Source of the DNA: Antedon mediterranea
Lineage: Eukaryota > Animalia > Echinodermata
NCBI RefSeq assembly: GCF_964355755.1
Contig: NC_092675.1
Span: forward strand, 20,184,912-20,248,911
DNA: 64,000 bases
Direction: 5' to 3'
Every line of letters begins with the position of its first letter. The stretch's first letter is position 1. The position numbers and the translations under genes were made by a program. Below the pieces are notes generated by a model. That model had not been told where the DNA came from, searched no databases, and worked only from the letters and a program-made list of their open reading frames with translations. Positions 25,226-38,946 of the stretch are shown here, piece after piece.

Positions 25226-27767
25226 GTCATTTTTATCAACAATTCCCTATTTATTGGAATAATGAGAAACTGGTAAACAAATAAAAAATTGTCTATTATT
25301 AAACAGTATATCATATTTTTTAATAATATTGTATGACAGACATCAAGTCCGGTAGTTGACTGTCCCATTGTCAGGTATGAGCCTAAAGATAATAATTTAA
25401 TTTATTATTACATGTTTTAATAATATAGATTGAGTATAATTTCTATTAATTTCTGGACAATAAATTAATTAAGAACCTCGTAAATGTATTCCCTCCCATC
25501 ACAGAGAGAGGATATTGTTGGTTTATCCAGGTAAGCTTGCACGATATAGACTATTCAGGTTTTAATATCCAATAAATATAGAAGAATAAGGTTGCATAGA
25601 AGAATTGAAGGATTTAATTTGATTTTATTCCAAAAATAATTTATAATAATAGTAGCAAGTATTAACAAATAAACATGCACCTAAAACAATTGATACTATA
25701 AAAATACAGTGTTAAGTAGGACACTTGAAATAAGAGCATTTTTAAAAACACAACCATACTACTTATATATGCACTCAAATCAACCCTAGTCATCACATAA
25801 AGTGCGAATGCTGAACTATAGATCCGGAGGTTGTTGGCTTTGTTTTGAGAAAATCACAAGAGTTCTCAAATATAATAATATGAGTACTGTATTCGGTTCA
25901 ATTATTTCATTTCATTTATTTATCGGACTTCACAAACAATGTTTACAAGTTTCAATTATGTCACAGTTGGGCAAAACATGTTGTTAGTCTACTTGGCTAA
26001 TTAGCAACAAATATTTCTTTGTATACGGTAAATAATTATTTTCATAGTTAAAAACTTATTAAATTAAATATATATATTTTTTTCATTTATAATGTAAATA
26101 ATAACATCAAGAATGAACTATATTCATTATATATTCTGTTTGCTTACTCAACCGTAGCAATTGTATGAAAATTTGACATTAACACAAAATACGCTAAACC
26201 CTGAGGAATAATACTAAAGCTTTATGGAAAGAATACAACAACAGGATATTGGAGGGATACTCTTAGAATTGGATAATACACTGAAAGCTGTACTATAAAC
26301 ACATTATACACTTGATCACTTGTGACAATATAAGCACATTACATAATGCAAATTTAGTCCATAGTTACAGCACATCTTTAAGCAGCTGACAATTTTAATA
26401 TTAGTTGATTTGGTTAAATCAGTTTTACTTTTTGTGTCTGCTTCCCCTAGAGTGGGGTAATATGGGGTGGAGTGGACATAATGTAATTGCAGTAGCCACA
26501 CCGGTGTAGCTTTTGGTATGGTACAATTATAGTAAGAAAAACTTTGCACATACATGCAGATATGCCAGCCCTAGGGCCAGATAAGATTACCACTGAACAT
26601 ACCTGAACTACAAATGTCCCTACTGTACTTGGGGACCTGTATTTCATAAAGCGAGGGCCTTGACATTGTATGTCAATGTAATTTATCATTGTTAAACATT
26701 TATTATGAGGATTTTTAACACAATAATTATTTTTATTACCACCAATTTGGCCTTGGAATATACTATTGCTATCTATTACTATAACTTGTTTTGTACTCTT
26801 TTTAATGGAAACAAAGTATTTTTTTAAAATAAAGATTTCAATCACTATCACTAGAAAGTACTTAGACCTTTAAACTGGTTAAAGTATGTACAGTACTTGA
26901 CGCGAGTTTGAAACCCTTATAAAATAATAAACATTGCCCTGAGGTATGAGAATCTCTTGCAGCTTTCAGTAGTGATGATTATTATCTAGAAAATAATATC
27001 TCAATAAATCTCATTGTAAAAAGAATATGCCTCAAGCATTTAACATTAAATTCGCCAATAATTGATTCTTTTTCATTCTCAGATTGCAATGCATTTTTAT
27101 TACGCTGCCGAAAGTAAAATTCCACCAACCACAGCGACAGAACCCCTGTAGAACGCATACAAAGGTTGTGACGCGGCCAGGTCTGCCAGCTGTCGTCATC
27201 TGAAGTAACTTTCAATCGGTGCTAATCAAAGCTTTCCAACAGTGACTGTGGAAAGAGTTAAGTAGACTTGGTCCGTTATACTCTAACATCACATTAATAG
27301 TTAATTGATTTCACACATACACACAGTAAGGCTGATTGCATGCATAATTATATACATCTTTATTGGTAATTTGTCATACAGCAGAAAAAATCCAATTCAT
27401 GTTTGAGTATTAAACCATAATCTAATTAAATAAAGGTGAATAAAGCGAACCTTGAAGAACAGTAAGCAAATTATACTAATTTAAAAATAAATATAAACTA
27501 TTATGAATATACTGTTGCATTTGGTTAACTAGGAATATGATGAGTAATAAGTTATGACTTCTGGTTAATGCCGCAAAGTTCAATATCTCAATTATGTTCA
27601 AAATCCCATTTGTATAAGACACATTTTAGTCATACTACTGTATATACAGTAGTTTTAAAAAAAGGTTACAGTAATATTTAATAATATAAATAATTGTAAA
27701 TATGTTATATAACATGAACGGCCTATACTTTTAATAGTCGTATTGGATAATATATACTAGTCTTATT

Positions 27768-27969
27768 CAGGCCTTGTCTTTCTAAAATTGTAGGTGTGCT
27801 ATAAATGGCACTCCTCAATACATTCATGGGAGCTGTAGGTGTGCCGTTTGTATTTTGTTGTGTAGAAGTTTACCCAATTTTAATGTACTGTAAATCGCAC
27901 TCCTAAAGGGAAGTTTAGGAGTGTGCTAGGTGAGTAATCGCACTCGCTTACCTCAAAAGAAAAGGTCTG
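27768..27969. mobile_element. 200-bp CAGGCCTT MITE copy 2
   Basis: Homologous to 5200-5399; flanks CTTATT/CCTATT. Confidence 0.8.
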
Positions 27970-30504
27970 CCTATTGTAGTGCTTAGTCAGTCTGAATCAA
28001 TATAATATATACAAAAAAATATTGAATCTTAATTTTTCCCTTGGTGTAAGGTAAAATACTTAAATTGAAGTAATTAAAAGTACACAGAAGGACAATGGCC
28101 TTGACAAACAGCCTACTATCTTAATACCAATATATATTTTATTTATCAGGCAAGAACTATGGAAATATTGTCAAGCCACTTTTTTGATCACCAATAAATA
28201 CTACACAGTCTGTTACTATTGAGAATAGCATTAAAAATTAATGTTTTCCTAGCCAGAATCTGATTAAATTATGAATAGATTTAAGTCGTAAAAGTAGAAA
28301 GAGTAATATATAAAACATAGTACAGTGGTGCTGTACTACATTATACGAGTACCACTAATAAAAACTACAACACTCCTACTCTCAACTCCTTGGTTTATAC
28401 AGTCAGTGTACATAGTTTTTTTTCTCTTTTGTGGCGTTAACCACTATTTTATTCATTTCATTCTCAAATGATCAATACAATGATTTTACACTTCATCCAA
28501 ATATATATTCCCTTGTTATTCTGTTCTGTTGTTTTCTTGTACTTTCTTTTATCTTTAGTACGATTTGATCGAAAACAATTCGGTCAAATATATATATATA
28601 TATATTTATACTTTTATATGTATTATCCACTTTTTTCATTATTTTCTTTTATTTTAACTATTCCTTTCTACAATAGGTCTATGTCTCTGTACATAGTTAC
28701 TGAACATTAAAAATATTGTTATGAACTATTCACGACCTAGCAAAACATTAAGGCTAGAAGTCAAGTAGGGTAATTATTTCAATTCAATGGTGAGAAAGTT
28801 ATGAAGCAGAGTGATTTTGTAACCTGCTGACTTCAGAAGGCCTGCAGATTGTCTTGCTTAAAAACGTCAAGCAAATAGCCTTTGTTTTTTACCTAATTGA
28901 ACACACACATTAACAGGCTACAAGTTACACTAAATGTGTTCATATAAAATTATGTATCGGAGTGAATTCTTTACAGTGAAGATTAATATAGATCATGTTT
29001 TGACATAAAGCGATTCCAATATTCCTTTCCAATATAGGTCACTATGTAGTACGTATAATATGTAGGTGTGAAATAATAATATACTGAGAGTTTATAATTT
29101 ATTACCATGCTAATTTATTGTTCAACTACTACACTAACAATAACATCCACTCCTGATTGTGCTATTAACACCCCCACAGAATGTTGGTTGGTTTAGTTAA
29201 CCATGATATCTTTTCATATTACAGTACTTATGTTATATAAATTTCCTGTGTTTGATGAGAGGGCTATTGTCAATATATGTAACTTACTAAAGCTAAACAC
29301 AAAGTACAGTAGACACAGGCTTTAATTTTGCTACTAAAAAAGTTTATGTTTATAAATGTAAACAAAAAATCCTTTTAAAGTTTTTTTTTTTTACAATTAT
29401 GTGAAGATGCCAGCAGCCAATTGGTCAACAGATTGGTCAGGCAGATTTTGTAATGTGAAGATGCCAATGGGTAAACAGTCAGGGCTTAAAAATGCCAATA
29501 GGTAAACAGAACCTAGGCAGATTTTCACAGTATTTTTATTACCACACTAAAAATACTGCTCAAAGGCACAGTTCCCATTATGAACTTTGTGCAAAATCAT
29601 GTCAATATCTAGGGACAGTAGAAACATGTTTTGATTTGGAAATTGCTTTTTTTAATAACTGTACAATAATTATGCCAATCAAGATTAAAGAGTGTAGATG
29701 TATTTCTGTATATTTTGATACATTTCGTATGTTGGACGTCTAGCCTCTTATGAGTCATAGTACTGTACTGACCATCTGTTTGGGGTTTAAAGGAATGTCA
29801 AATAATTTGCAATATTAAAGAGAAATTCTTTTATAAAACAACTTGTAACCTATAATTGCTCTTTCGTTGGAAGAAGGCATTAGCATAAAATGTTGTTTTC
29901 ATTCATTTTCAACTAGTCTCGAAAGTTTATACAAGTTATAAGCTATAGTTGACACATATTTTCTATATCAGAGTTGCATTGCAGTTTAATTAGTCAAGCT
30001 AAAAACTCAAAAGCATTACAAAACAATAGGAAGCTATTAAATGTATTCACAATGTAAAAGTTCACTTTCTACATTAAGGAAATAACTTATGACAATTAAT
30101 AAATGGTATAATGAATAGAACAAAAGATTAAGAAAATCAGTATAATGGTGCAAGTCCGTAACCAGGGGTTCATAGGGTTTGTTAAGCTCTGTCTACACTA
30201 TCAAACTAGTAAGTGTAAAGTGCCCAAATATGGTAGTAATATGATGTCATCGTTTCCATATATGGGCACATCACAGAGCTTTAGGAAGTGGTATGATGAT
30301 GAATAGTATTGAGTCTATCATCTACTGTACTTAACAAACTATGTCTACAGTAATTCAAAGGGATGCTAATTATCTATTAACCAATTTCTTATCAGGACTT
30401 GACATCCTAACTTGCAAAGCTATGTGGTAGAGTGCCAAGTCATAGCAAGTTTGAAATTGTCACCCGCTTCACTCAGCTTTGGTCAAATTGTCACTTGATT
30501 CACT

Positions 30505-30820
30505 TAGCTTCGGTCAAATTATCTGAAGATGGTTTGGTTAATGGGTTTTAATCTTTAAAATCCTAAGAGCTAATCTAATAGCTTATGAAATACAGGACCA
30601 GGCCACAACAGTTAATCATCAGAGTTTGGTCTAGACATTAGCCAGTGCTGTTTATTCACCGTTAAATCTGTTACAGTAGTACATGATTGTTAATAGTAAT
30701 ACACTGCATGTCTCCGAATAAAATATATTTTTAAAATGTGAGTTAAAAACTACTGTAGTGTAAAGTAATGACAAATGAAAGTAAATGTGACAACTAAACA
30801 TGGATGAATAATCATTAAAA
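30505..30820. repeat. ~315-bp direct duplication (partner 33757-34070)
   Basis: ttagcttc.gtcaaattatctgaagatggtttgg...aaacatggatga.taatcat is near-identical at both sites. Confidence 0.9.
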
Positions 30821-31915
30821 AAACTATGGAACCCAGTACAGATAGCATATATCTGGGATGGACAAGAACCTCCCTTTCCTACACAACCAATATTTCAACA
30901 GTAATAAAGTGATTTTCCTCTCTCCATAATCAATACAGCAATATGCATGTACAGTACTGTACATCTAATGTCATGATTGGGCGCACTGAACTGCGACAGG
31001 CATTAAAGTCGGGCGATTTCCTCAATGTAGGCTTTTGGAACATTTTAGCAAGTTCAAGTTCAAGTTCAGAAATGATTTTCCCAAACACATTTGTATGAAA
31101 AAAAGTAACAGGAAGACAAACAATTGACATGACATTGAAAATACGATAACTGGCAGCTGGCAATCAATGTCATTTAGATATAATACAGTTGTTTCTGATC
31201 CAAAAACAAAATTATTACTTTATCCAATTTGAAAAATCCATCTTTCGAAATTAGTTGTGGTAGTTTTTTTTATCCAAAATTGTTACTATATAAAACTTGG
31301 TCTATCCGTTTGTTATGAAATGAAAATTCAATCTTAAATAGTGCATATAAAAGTTCTTAATGCATTGTAAACATTATTAACCCAGTAATTTTAGATCAAA
31401 CACAGTAAGTACTTAGCCTGTGGGTCACCTATCGCTAACCCCAAGCTTTACAGTAGATAATAAGATTAACGACAAAGTAAAATCACACTATAACCATCTC
31501 TAGATCAGTCAGTTACAATACTTCACCTAAATAGATAAAGAAAATGTCATGTACTTGATCAAAAGTAATGCAAATGCACGGTTGATTGACAGTAGCACAC
31601 TAAAGCTTCCATTAAATTTATATAATAGATTTGTACCCATGGAATGATACACAAGGTTGACTTCCCACAACCTAGACAAAAGCAAACTGATCAAAATCTT
31701 GTATTCATCTAAAACGTTTCAGAAGTTCGTTCCAGTACAATACTTAGAGTAAGCTTTTAAAAGTCTACACATTTAAAATAGCTAATTGAATTGGCTTTCT
31801 TTATTAAATTAAACAGGTACAAAATACTATTAATAATACAAAAGTAAATTTATGACAATAGTCCATTTTTAGCACACTTTTTAATGAAAGAAATTTTTAA
31901 AAAAATTAAAAGATG

Positions 31916-33198
31916 CAGTGGCGGATCTAGCGGGGGGGGGGGGGGCGTGTGGGGCGTACGCCCCCCCCCCACCTATTTTTTAAAGATTTTTTTTTTTTTG
32001 AAAAAAATTAAATAGATTTTAAAAACACGTATCGTTTCGACGGTCATTTTCATAGTGAAAATAGTACGTCGGAGCACATCGTCAGCTTGATCGCATTCCA
32101 CCAAGCATGTACGTCGAAATCCTTTGTGTACTATCAATCTCTAGCGTTACCAACGATCATTCACAGTTAAGTGTAAAAGGAGCAAGTTGATAAAAGCCAC
32201 GTGGTGAGCTTGGTCGCGTCCTACTAAGCAGGTCGGCATCCTTTGTGATCGTCACTCCCGTATTGTAGAGTAGCGGTACCTCCGACGATCAATAGAGTTT
32301 ATGAAGTCACATGGTCAGTGCTACTATACTACGCGCCCATTTATTAAGTACAATAAAAACAAAGGCTAGGACTGTATAGTGCCTATGAAAATTATCCCGT
32401 TAGGCCTATATTTTATTAAAACATACTACTATTAAAATATTAACAATGCTGCAGCATTTCATGACCCTTGTTGTTTTATTTGCTTTTCCGTCGATGATTC
32501 TCATAAACAAATCGCGATGACAAAAGAGGTGTTTTGTTTTTTTCAAATCACTAAATATAATGTAATGATGATCGAGCCGGACCGCTAATTTTTAAACGAT
32601 CGTTTAAAGCAGGTCGTTGAATATGCCATGATTTTAATTGTCAAAAACATGATCGTCAGTCGATGGCTCGGAGTTTCGATAAATCTCGCGTCGCATGTGT
32701 TACTGTACGTGGTGGTGGAAAACACTCTCAGCAAGTTTCCTTCATTAATATGCATTAACGTGACGTCATTTTACTTTAGCTGCATGGATGGATGCGAAGA
32801 AGTAGTCACCGCGATCGACCCGGCGCGCGTGTAAGAAAATAATACCGGCCTAGGCTAGAACAAGTTTATGCTTATATAAAATTAAAAGCTGAAAAACATC
32901 GTCGCGTTGTAAAAATATAGATGTAAAGTACAGGCAAGTTGTTAGCTTGCTTTGGTACCCTAGGTAAGTATCAGCTGCATGTTCCACATGTCGTAATTTG
33001 CGAGCTTTAGAGTGTTTGGTAAATGACATTATGAGATGTTTGTAAATCGTTTTAAACGAATTACAATGCGCTAGAACGCCAACATTTCCTGGACCCCGAC
33101 CGGGGCCCCTTGGCGGCCCCCTGGCCCCCAGCCAATGTTTGCTCGCTTCGCTAGCAAGGCTACGCCACCCCTATTTCAAAATCCTGGATCCGCCCCTG
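31916..33198. mobile_element. 1.28-kb non-autonomous hAT-like DNA transposon, 5-bp TSD
   Basis: CAGTGGCGGATCTAG...CTGGATCCGCCCCTG termini; AGATG on both sides; CpG-rich relative to its flanks; decayed relative at ~17848-17982. Confidence 0.85.
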
Positions 33199-33204
33199 AG
33201 ATGC

Positions 33205-33680
33205 AAGCCTTGTTCACATTAGACTTGAAAAAATGGTAAATTTTTTACCAAAGTAATGAAGGTTTAGCCTTGTTCGCACTAGACTTGTGGTATCATTTAA
33301 CACAAAATTAGAACATGTAAGCCATGTTCACATTAGACTTGAAAAATGGTAATTTTTTAACAAAAGTAATGAGGGTTTAGCCTTGTTCGCACTGGACTTG
33401 AAAAATGTTAAATTTAACAAAAGTATGAAGGTTTAGCCTTGTTCACACTGGACTTGAAAAATGTTAATTTTAACAAAAGTATGAAGGTTTAGCCTTGTTC
33501 GCACTGGACTTGAAAAATGTTAAATTTAACAAAAGTATGAAGGTTTAGCCATGTTCGCACTGGACTTGAAAAATGTTAAATTTAACAAAAGTATGAAGGT
33601 TTAGCCTTGTTCGCACTGGACTTGAAAAATGTTAAATTTAACAAAAGTATGAAGGTTTAGCCTTGTTCATACTGGACTGG
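33205..33680. repeat. 56-bp tandem repeat, ~8 copies
   Basis: Unit AGCCTTGTTCGCACTGGACTTGAAAAATGTTAAATTTAACAAAAGTATGAAGGTTT. Confidence 0.92.
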
Positions 33681-33756
33681 TAAATTTATCCAGTAATCAA
33701 GGTTTATCAGTGAATTTGACAATTGTTTATACTTGGATAATTTCACGCAGATTCCC

Positions 33757-34070
33757 TTAGCTTCAGTCAAATTATCTGAAGATGGTTTGGTTAATGGGTT
33801 TTAATCTTTAAAATCCTAAGAGCTAATCCAATAGCTTATGAAATACAGGACCAGGCCGCAACAGTTAATCATCAGAGTTTGGTCTAGACATTAGCCAGTG
33901 CTGTTTATTCACCGTTAAATCTGTTACAGTAGTACATGATTGTTAATACACTGCATGTCTCCGAATAAAATATATTTTTTAAATCTGAGTTAAAAACTAC
34001 TGTAGTGTAAAATACTGACAAATGAAAGTAAATGTGACAATTAAACAATTAAACATGGATGACTAATCAT
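33757..34070. repeat. ~315-bp direct duplication (partner 30505-30820)
   Basis: See the partner copy. Confidence 0.9.
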
Positions 34071-36454
34071 AGTTTTAGTCCATGGTAAGTAAGTTATACT
34101 GGGCAAGTAGTAGTCTGTACAATTCACTGCTGATCTTGGTTAAGAGGGAATTGTCAACTACCATATGAGGGAAATATATGTTTTAACACTACAGTATGAC
34201 AACCCCCTATTCAGGGGACACTTTTTTGTGAAATGGAGGATAACAAAAATGGGACATATTTCTAAAGTAGAAATATATAGAACCGTACTTTAAGAACCCT
34301 ATTCAATGGATACTATCCAGTGAAACGAACTATAACAATCTATTAATGCAAAATTTCGAAATATAATTCAAAATCAATAGTTTCACTAGGACACTGAATA
34401 CAAATTATGTTTACGACAAATTATTTAAGAGTATTAAAAGTGGTATCAGGGGAGTGAACGAGGCGAGACACGAAAACAACCTTGATACTGTAATATTATT
34501 TGTAAGTATATATGTCTACAACAGTCTTATTAGTAAATATAGATGACCTATTAAATTGCAAATGATCTTTTTAGGACATCAAGACAAACTTTATTAATTT
34601 ACAAACAGATTGTAAGGTCTTGTCGTAGTATAAAAATATTCTAAAGTACATGAAATGAATAAAATTCACAATTTTATTTTAAATTGCTTCTTATGATACT
34701 TTTTCATTTCTATTGTTCTGTATTGTAAATTAAGTTTTTTAGCTGGACTTACAGGAAAAACAATTTATAATATTGAATGAATATCAACAATAAACACGTC
34801 TATCTATCTAAAATAAAATTATTCTCAATTTAATTCAATCAAATTAAGTACCAGTTTTTGTGGTTTTTTTTTTTCAATTAAAAAAACCTGTACTACCTGA
34901 ACTGTACTACAACAATATTCTAAATACCACAGTACAAAAAAGCCAATAGTCTATTCTGCTGTACAGTAACAGAATTTTGGTGAAACATAATACTGTATAA
35001 TTTAAAATATAAAGAATGGAATTTGAATGATTTGCCTTCAAGGTATCAAAAATTAAATTGGGTGGAAGGAACAATTCTGATCATGATCGAATCTTTTTTT
35101 AAAGGGAATACTATAATCTTTAACACGTTGTATGCAAATTTCGAAGTGTAATTTATGAATCTAATTTTTTTTATAAAACACATAAACAAATGTCTTGAAA
35201 ATTACGCAAAGATGGTCTTAGAAAAATGTAATATTGATTATCCTATTATTTATAATAAATGAGAACAATCAAAACATCTAAGTATGATTGAAACATGAAT
35301 AATCATATATATATAATTACTGTAGTATTAGAACAGTAGTATTCCTTGGAGCTTCTCCAGTCATTAAAATTGTACAAAACATGCCTACTGTTCCCTAGCT
35401 ACTAGCTAAAATGAAACAAATTTATACAGTTGGGCCAACATAATTCGAATACAGAATGTTGTTATATTTTTACAACTTGCCAAATAAGGCATAAATAACA
35501 TTTTCCTGCCTAAATAATTGCACTCTGCTTTCTTCTATTTCAACTTTTCTTCAAGTTGTTCTATTTATATCCTTCGTAAATCTTGAAATAATATTGCAGA
35601 GGTCAAGTTCAATCAGTCTCATTTTACTCTAAATATTATAAAAACAAAAATTAAATTGATAGGCTAATTTGTTTTAATTTTTAAAATATAAATGGGGGGT
35701 AATTTGAGAATGTACAGTACCGGGTTTGCAAAGTTTAATTTAAAAGCAATACTACTTATTATTTTTCATTGTTTTTTAACCATTACAATACATACTGTAC
35801 TTACTGTATCCTTGGCATAATTATTGCTAGTGGCTAAAAGAAGATTCACGTCAAATTCGGTTCAATATGGTTGGCATTTATGAATATTCTTTAGCACATA
35901 AAATTTAATTTTCTTAGCAATGGCGGCGTTAACAACAAGTAAAGCAAGTTACTTTAAATCCATTTCCTCTTAGCAATGGCGGTGTTAACAACAAGTAGTA
36001 AGTTTTATAAATCTGGCCCCAAATATTATAATATGATAATTTATGATGATATGGTGTATATACAGTAATATACCATTTTAGCACGACTTCTAAAGCACCT
36101 TTCAGAATATATTCCTATATCAGACAGCCCACAACTTTGGACTTTTACTTTTATCATGCACAGAACCGGAAAAGAAAATGACATCACATATGAAAAATAA
36201 TATTTGTTTCCAAGAAAAAAGCAAGAATACTGTTTTAACTATTCAACAGTCTGTGTTATGGAGAAACAGGAAGTAGCGTAATACTTTAACAGGATATCTG
36301 AATGCTACGCCATAATTAAATGATGTCTAGACCTAATTTAAATATCATAAAATTTTTCGTCCACAAACACCTTCTGTATCTCTCTTAAGGTGAAACTGTA
36401 TAGTTCCACTTTAGACTTGAAGAGTTTAGCATACTCGCCGTAGCACTACAGGAT

Positions 36455-36659
36455 CAGTGCCTTGTCTTTTTAAAATTGTAGATGTGCTACAAATTGCACT
36501 CCTCAATACATTCAGGGATGCTGTAGGTGTGCTGTTTGTATTTTGGTGTTTAGAAGTTTACAAAATTTAAGTGTGTTGTAAATCACACTCCTCACAAGGG
36601 CAGTTTAGGAGTGTGTTAAGTGAGTGATTGCACTCGCTCACCTCAAAAGAAAAGGCCTG
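36455..36659. mobile_element. 200-bp CAGGCCTT MITE copy 3
   Basis: Homologous to 5200-5399; TSD degraded. Confidence 0.78.
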
Positions 36660-38178
36660 ACTGATACTATTGCATACATTTTAGTATTTAATACACTACA
36701 GTAAAGGTTTTCGGGATTTGATGGGTTTGGCAATACCCTTTATGGATACTCTGATAGGCTTCAGCATGTACATTAACATTACACAAACATACAGTAGCTT
36801 TAAAGAAATTTAAACTGTAACCTTTAAATGTTTCCTCACGCCCTTTCACATTTCATTATTTCACATAGAATATTATGTTTTTATAAAACCTAAAAAAACA
36901 AGCTAAGACCAGTAATAATAAATATTCCAGTTGCTTTAAATTAAACCTCCAATGGCAATTATTATTCTATAGATAATTAACAGTGGTATCTGACACCGGA
37001 GAGCAATATACCGTAAGCTTCTTGCTAATGGGAAAATACCTTCATAGGATATCATAGATTCCCAATCATTTCCGGTCACTTTCTTTTGATCTATTACACT
37101 GACCTCTATCACACTGTGCTTATTGTTAAATTTTCTGTACCAAAGCAATGAATAATACATTTCTGCCATGTACACCCTACAATTTGCTATGATACGGATA
37201 GCTACAATACAGTAAAAACATGTGAAAAGTATCTTGAGTAAGACTAAGGCTTAGTTTACACTATTAAATTAAAATTAAATATTGTTGACAGCTACCTAAA
37301 GTATAGTACTGTTAAGCAATAGTAGAACCATCAAAAATCAAAAACACATTTTTGTGTAGTACTGTATTATTAGTATATTATATCAGCCAAAATAATGAAT
37401 AATTTATTGTGTTTTATTTGTGTTGTTTATGTTCTCTTCTATACTATAAGTGTGGTGAATCATGAGTTTACTGTTGAATGGGAAAAGAAAATAATAAATA
37501 AAATATATTCCACTGTACATATGATTGATATTTCCTGTTCTGAAAATAAATAAAACCGTGGAATTGATTGTGTACAGTCTATGGTTATGGCTGCACCTAC
37601 TATTATTATTAATATTATAATTATGTACTGTACTTACAATTCACACCATACATTAATTTATATCATGCCTTATTAATTATTTCTGAAGCAGACTTTAGCA
37701 ACAATGTGACCCAGGGTCAACTAAAATGTATCCAGATGTGTATACAGTACTGTGTATTAAAGGATAAAACATCATATACTGTATGCCTTGTGACACTTAT
37801 TGTTATTTATAATTAATTAGTTTAGGCAATCAAGCAAATAATGCTACTAGGTAGAATATATTAATTTCAATAATAATAATTTTTATCAGTAAGTCCGCCT
37901 AAAGGATTTTGAGGAAAACCAAGTGGTACAGTATGATGACATTAATGATTTTCCAGAAGCATTCTATTTATAATTAATAATTTTATTCACACAGCACCAA
38001 AGACATTAGTAGTATTAAGTACAGTTAACAAATTACAAGTCTTGCTGTATTGGCGCAGAAGCAATGGAAAGGTATTTTGTTTAATGTACAAAGCATTGTT
38101 CAAGTACTGTATGAATCTAAATCATTTTAATCATTAAGATATCAAAATAAAACATTAAAAGGACACATATTGATACTA

Positions 38179-38946
38179 CAGTCGACTCCGCCTAAGTCGA
38201 ATCTAATGGGACCGGTATAAAAATTTGAGTTACGCGAACTTCGACTTACAGATTTGTCAAAAAAATGCTAGGCCTAGGTTCACTCACTAGCTGCGCTATG
38301 GCTAGGCCTATATAGTGGACCCTGCCCTGTCGCGATCGCGGCCCACGCGATGAGCCTTCTTGAATTGAATTTGCTTAGCTAGCTAGCTAGGCCTAATAAA
38401 TGCTAAGCCTCTTTATCGACAATGATAAACTGTATTTTTCCGAAACAATACAAAACGTATATTTATAATAAATACATTTCGGTTCTTATTCGAAATCGGT
38501 ATCTATTGTTTATTGCCATCTGTCTAGCACAAAATAGGTACCCACAAAACGCCGCTCAAGTTCTCAACTCTGAAACAACTCATACACTATACACTAGCGC
38601 GAGTTGTAGGACGCCGCCTATACTATACAACCTGCTTGAGAGAACCGATATGGTCCCACATTTTTCCCTCTGTTGTTTGTTTATCGAATTACGTACGTTT
38701 CATCGGCTTTTTTAACGCGTTGTTGCCACGTAATTTGTGAATTCGACTTATACGATATAAATCACTAAAGAATGTGTGTGTTCGGACCGCAAAAAGACGT
38801 CGACTTAGACGAATTTCGACTTAGAAAAATTCGACTTAGAAATAAAAATTACACAGTATTGTATAGGAAAGAATTGGGACTTTCCTAAAAATTCGACTTT
38901 TGCGATTTTTCGACTTACGCGAATTCGACTTAGGCGGAGTCGACTG
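38179..38946. mobile_element. pogo/Tigger-type (Tc1/mariner) MITE
   Basis: Perfect 24-bp TIR CAGTCGACTCCGCCTAAGTCGAAT, TA TSD, subterminal TTCGACTTA repeats. Confidence 0.92.

Noticed and set aside
33205-33680. Regular repeat array resembling CRISPR
   Set aside because: Head-to-tail 56-bp units with no unique spacers, no cas genes, and a eukaryotic intron context.
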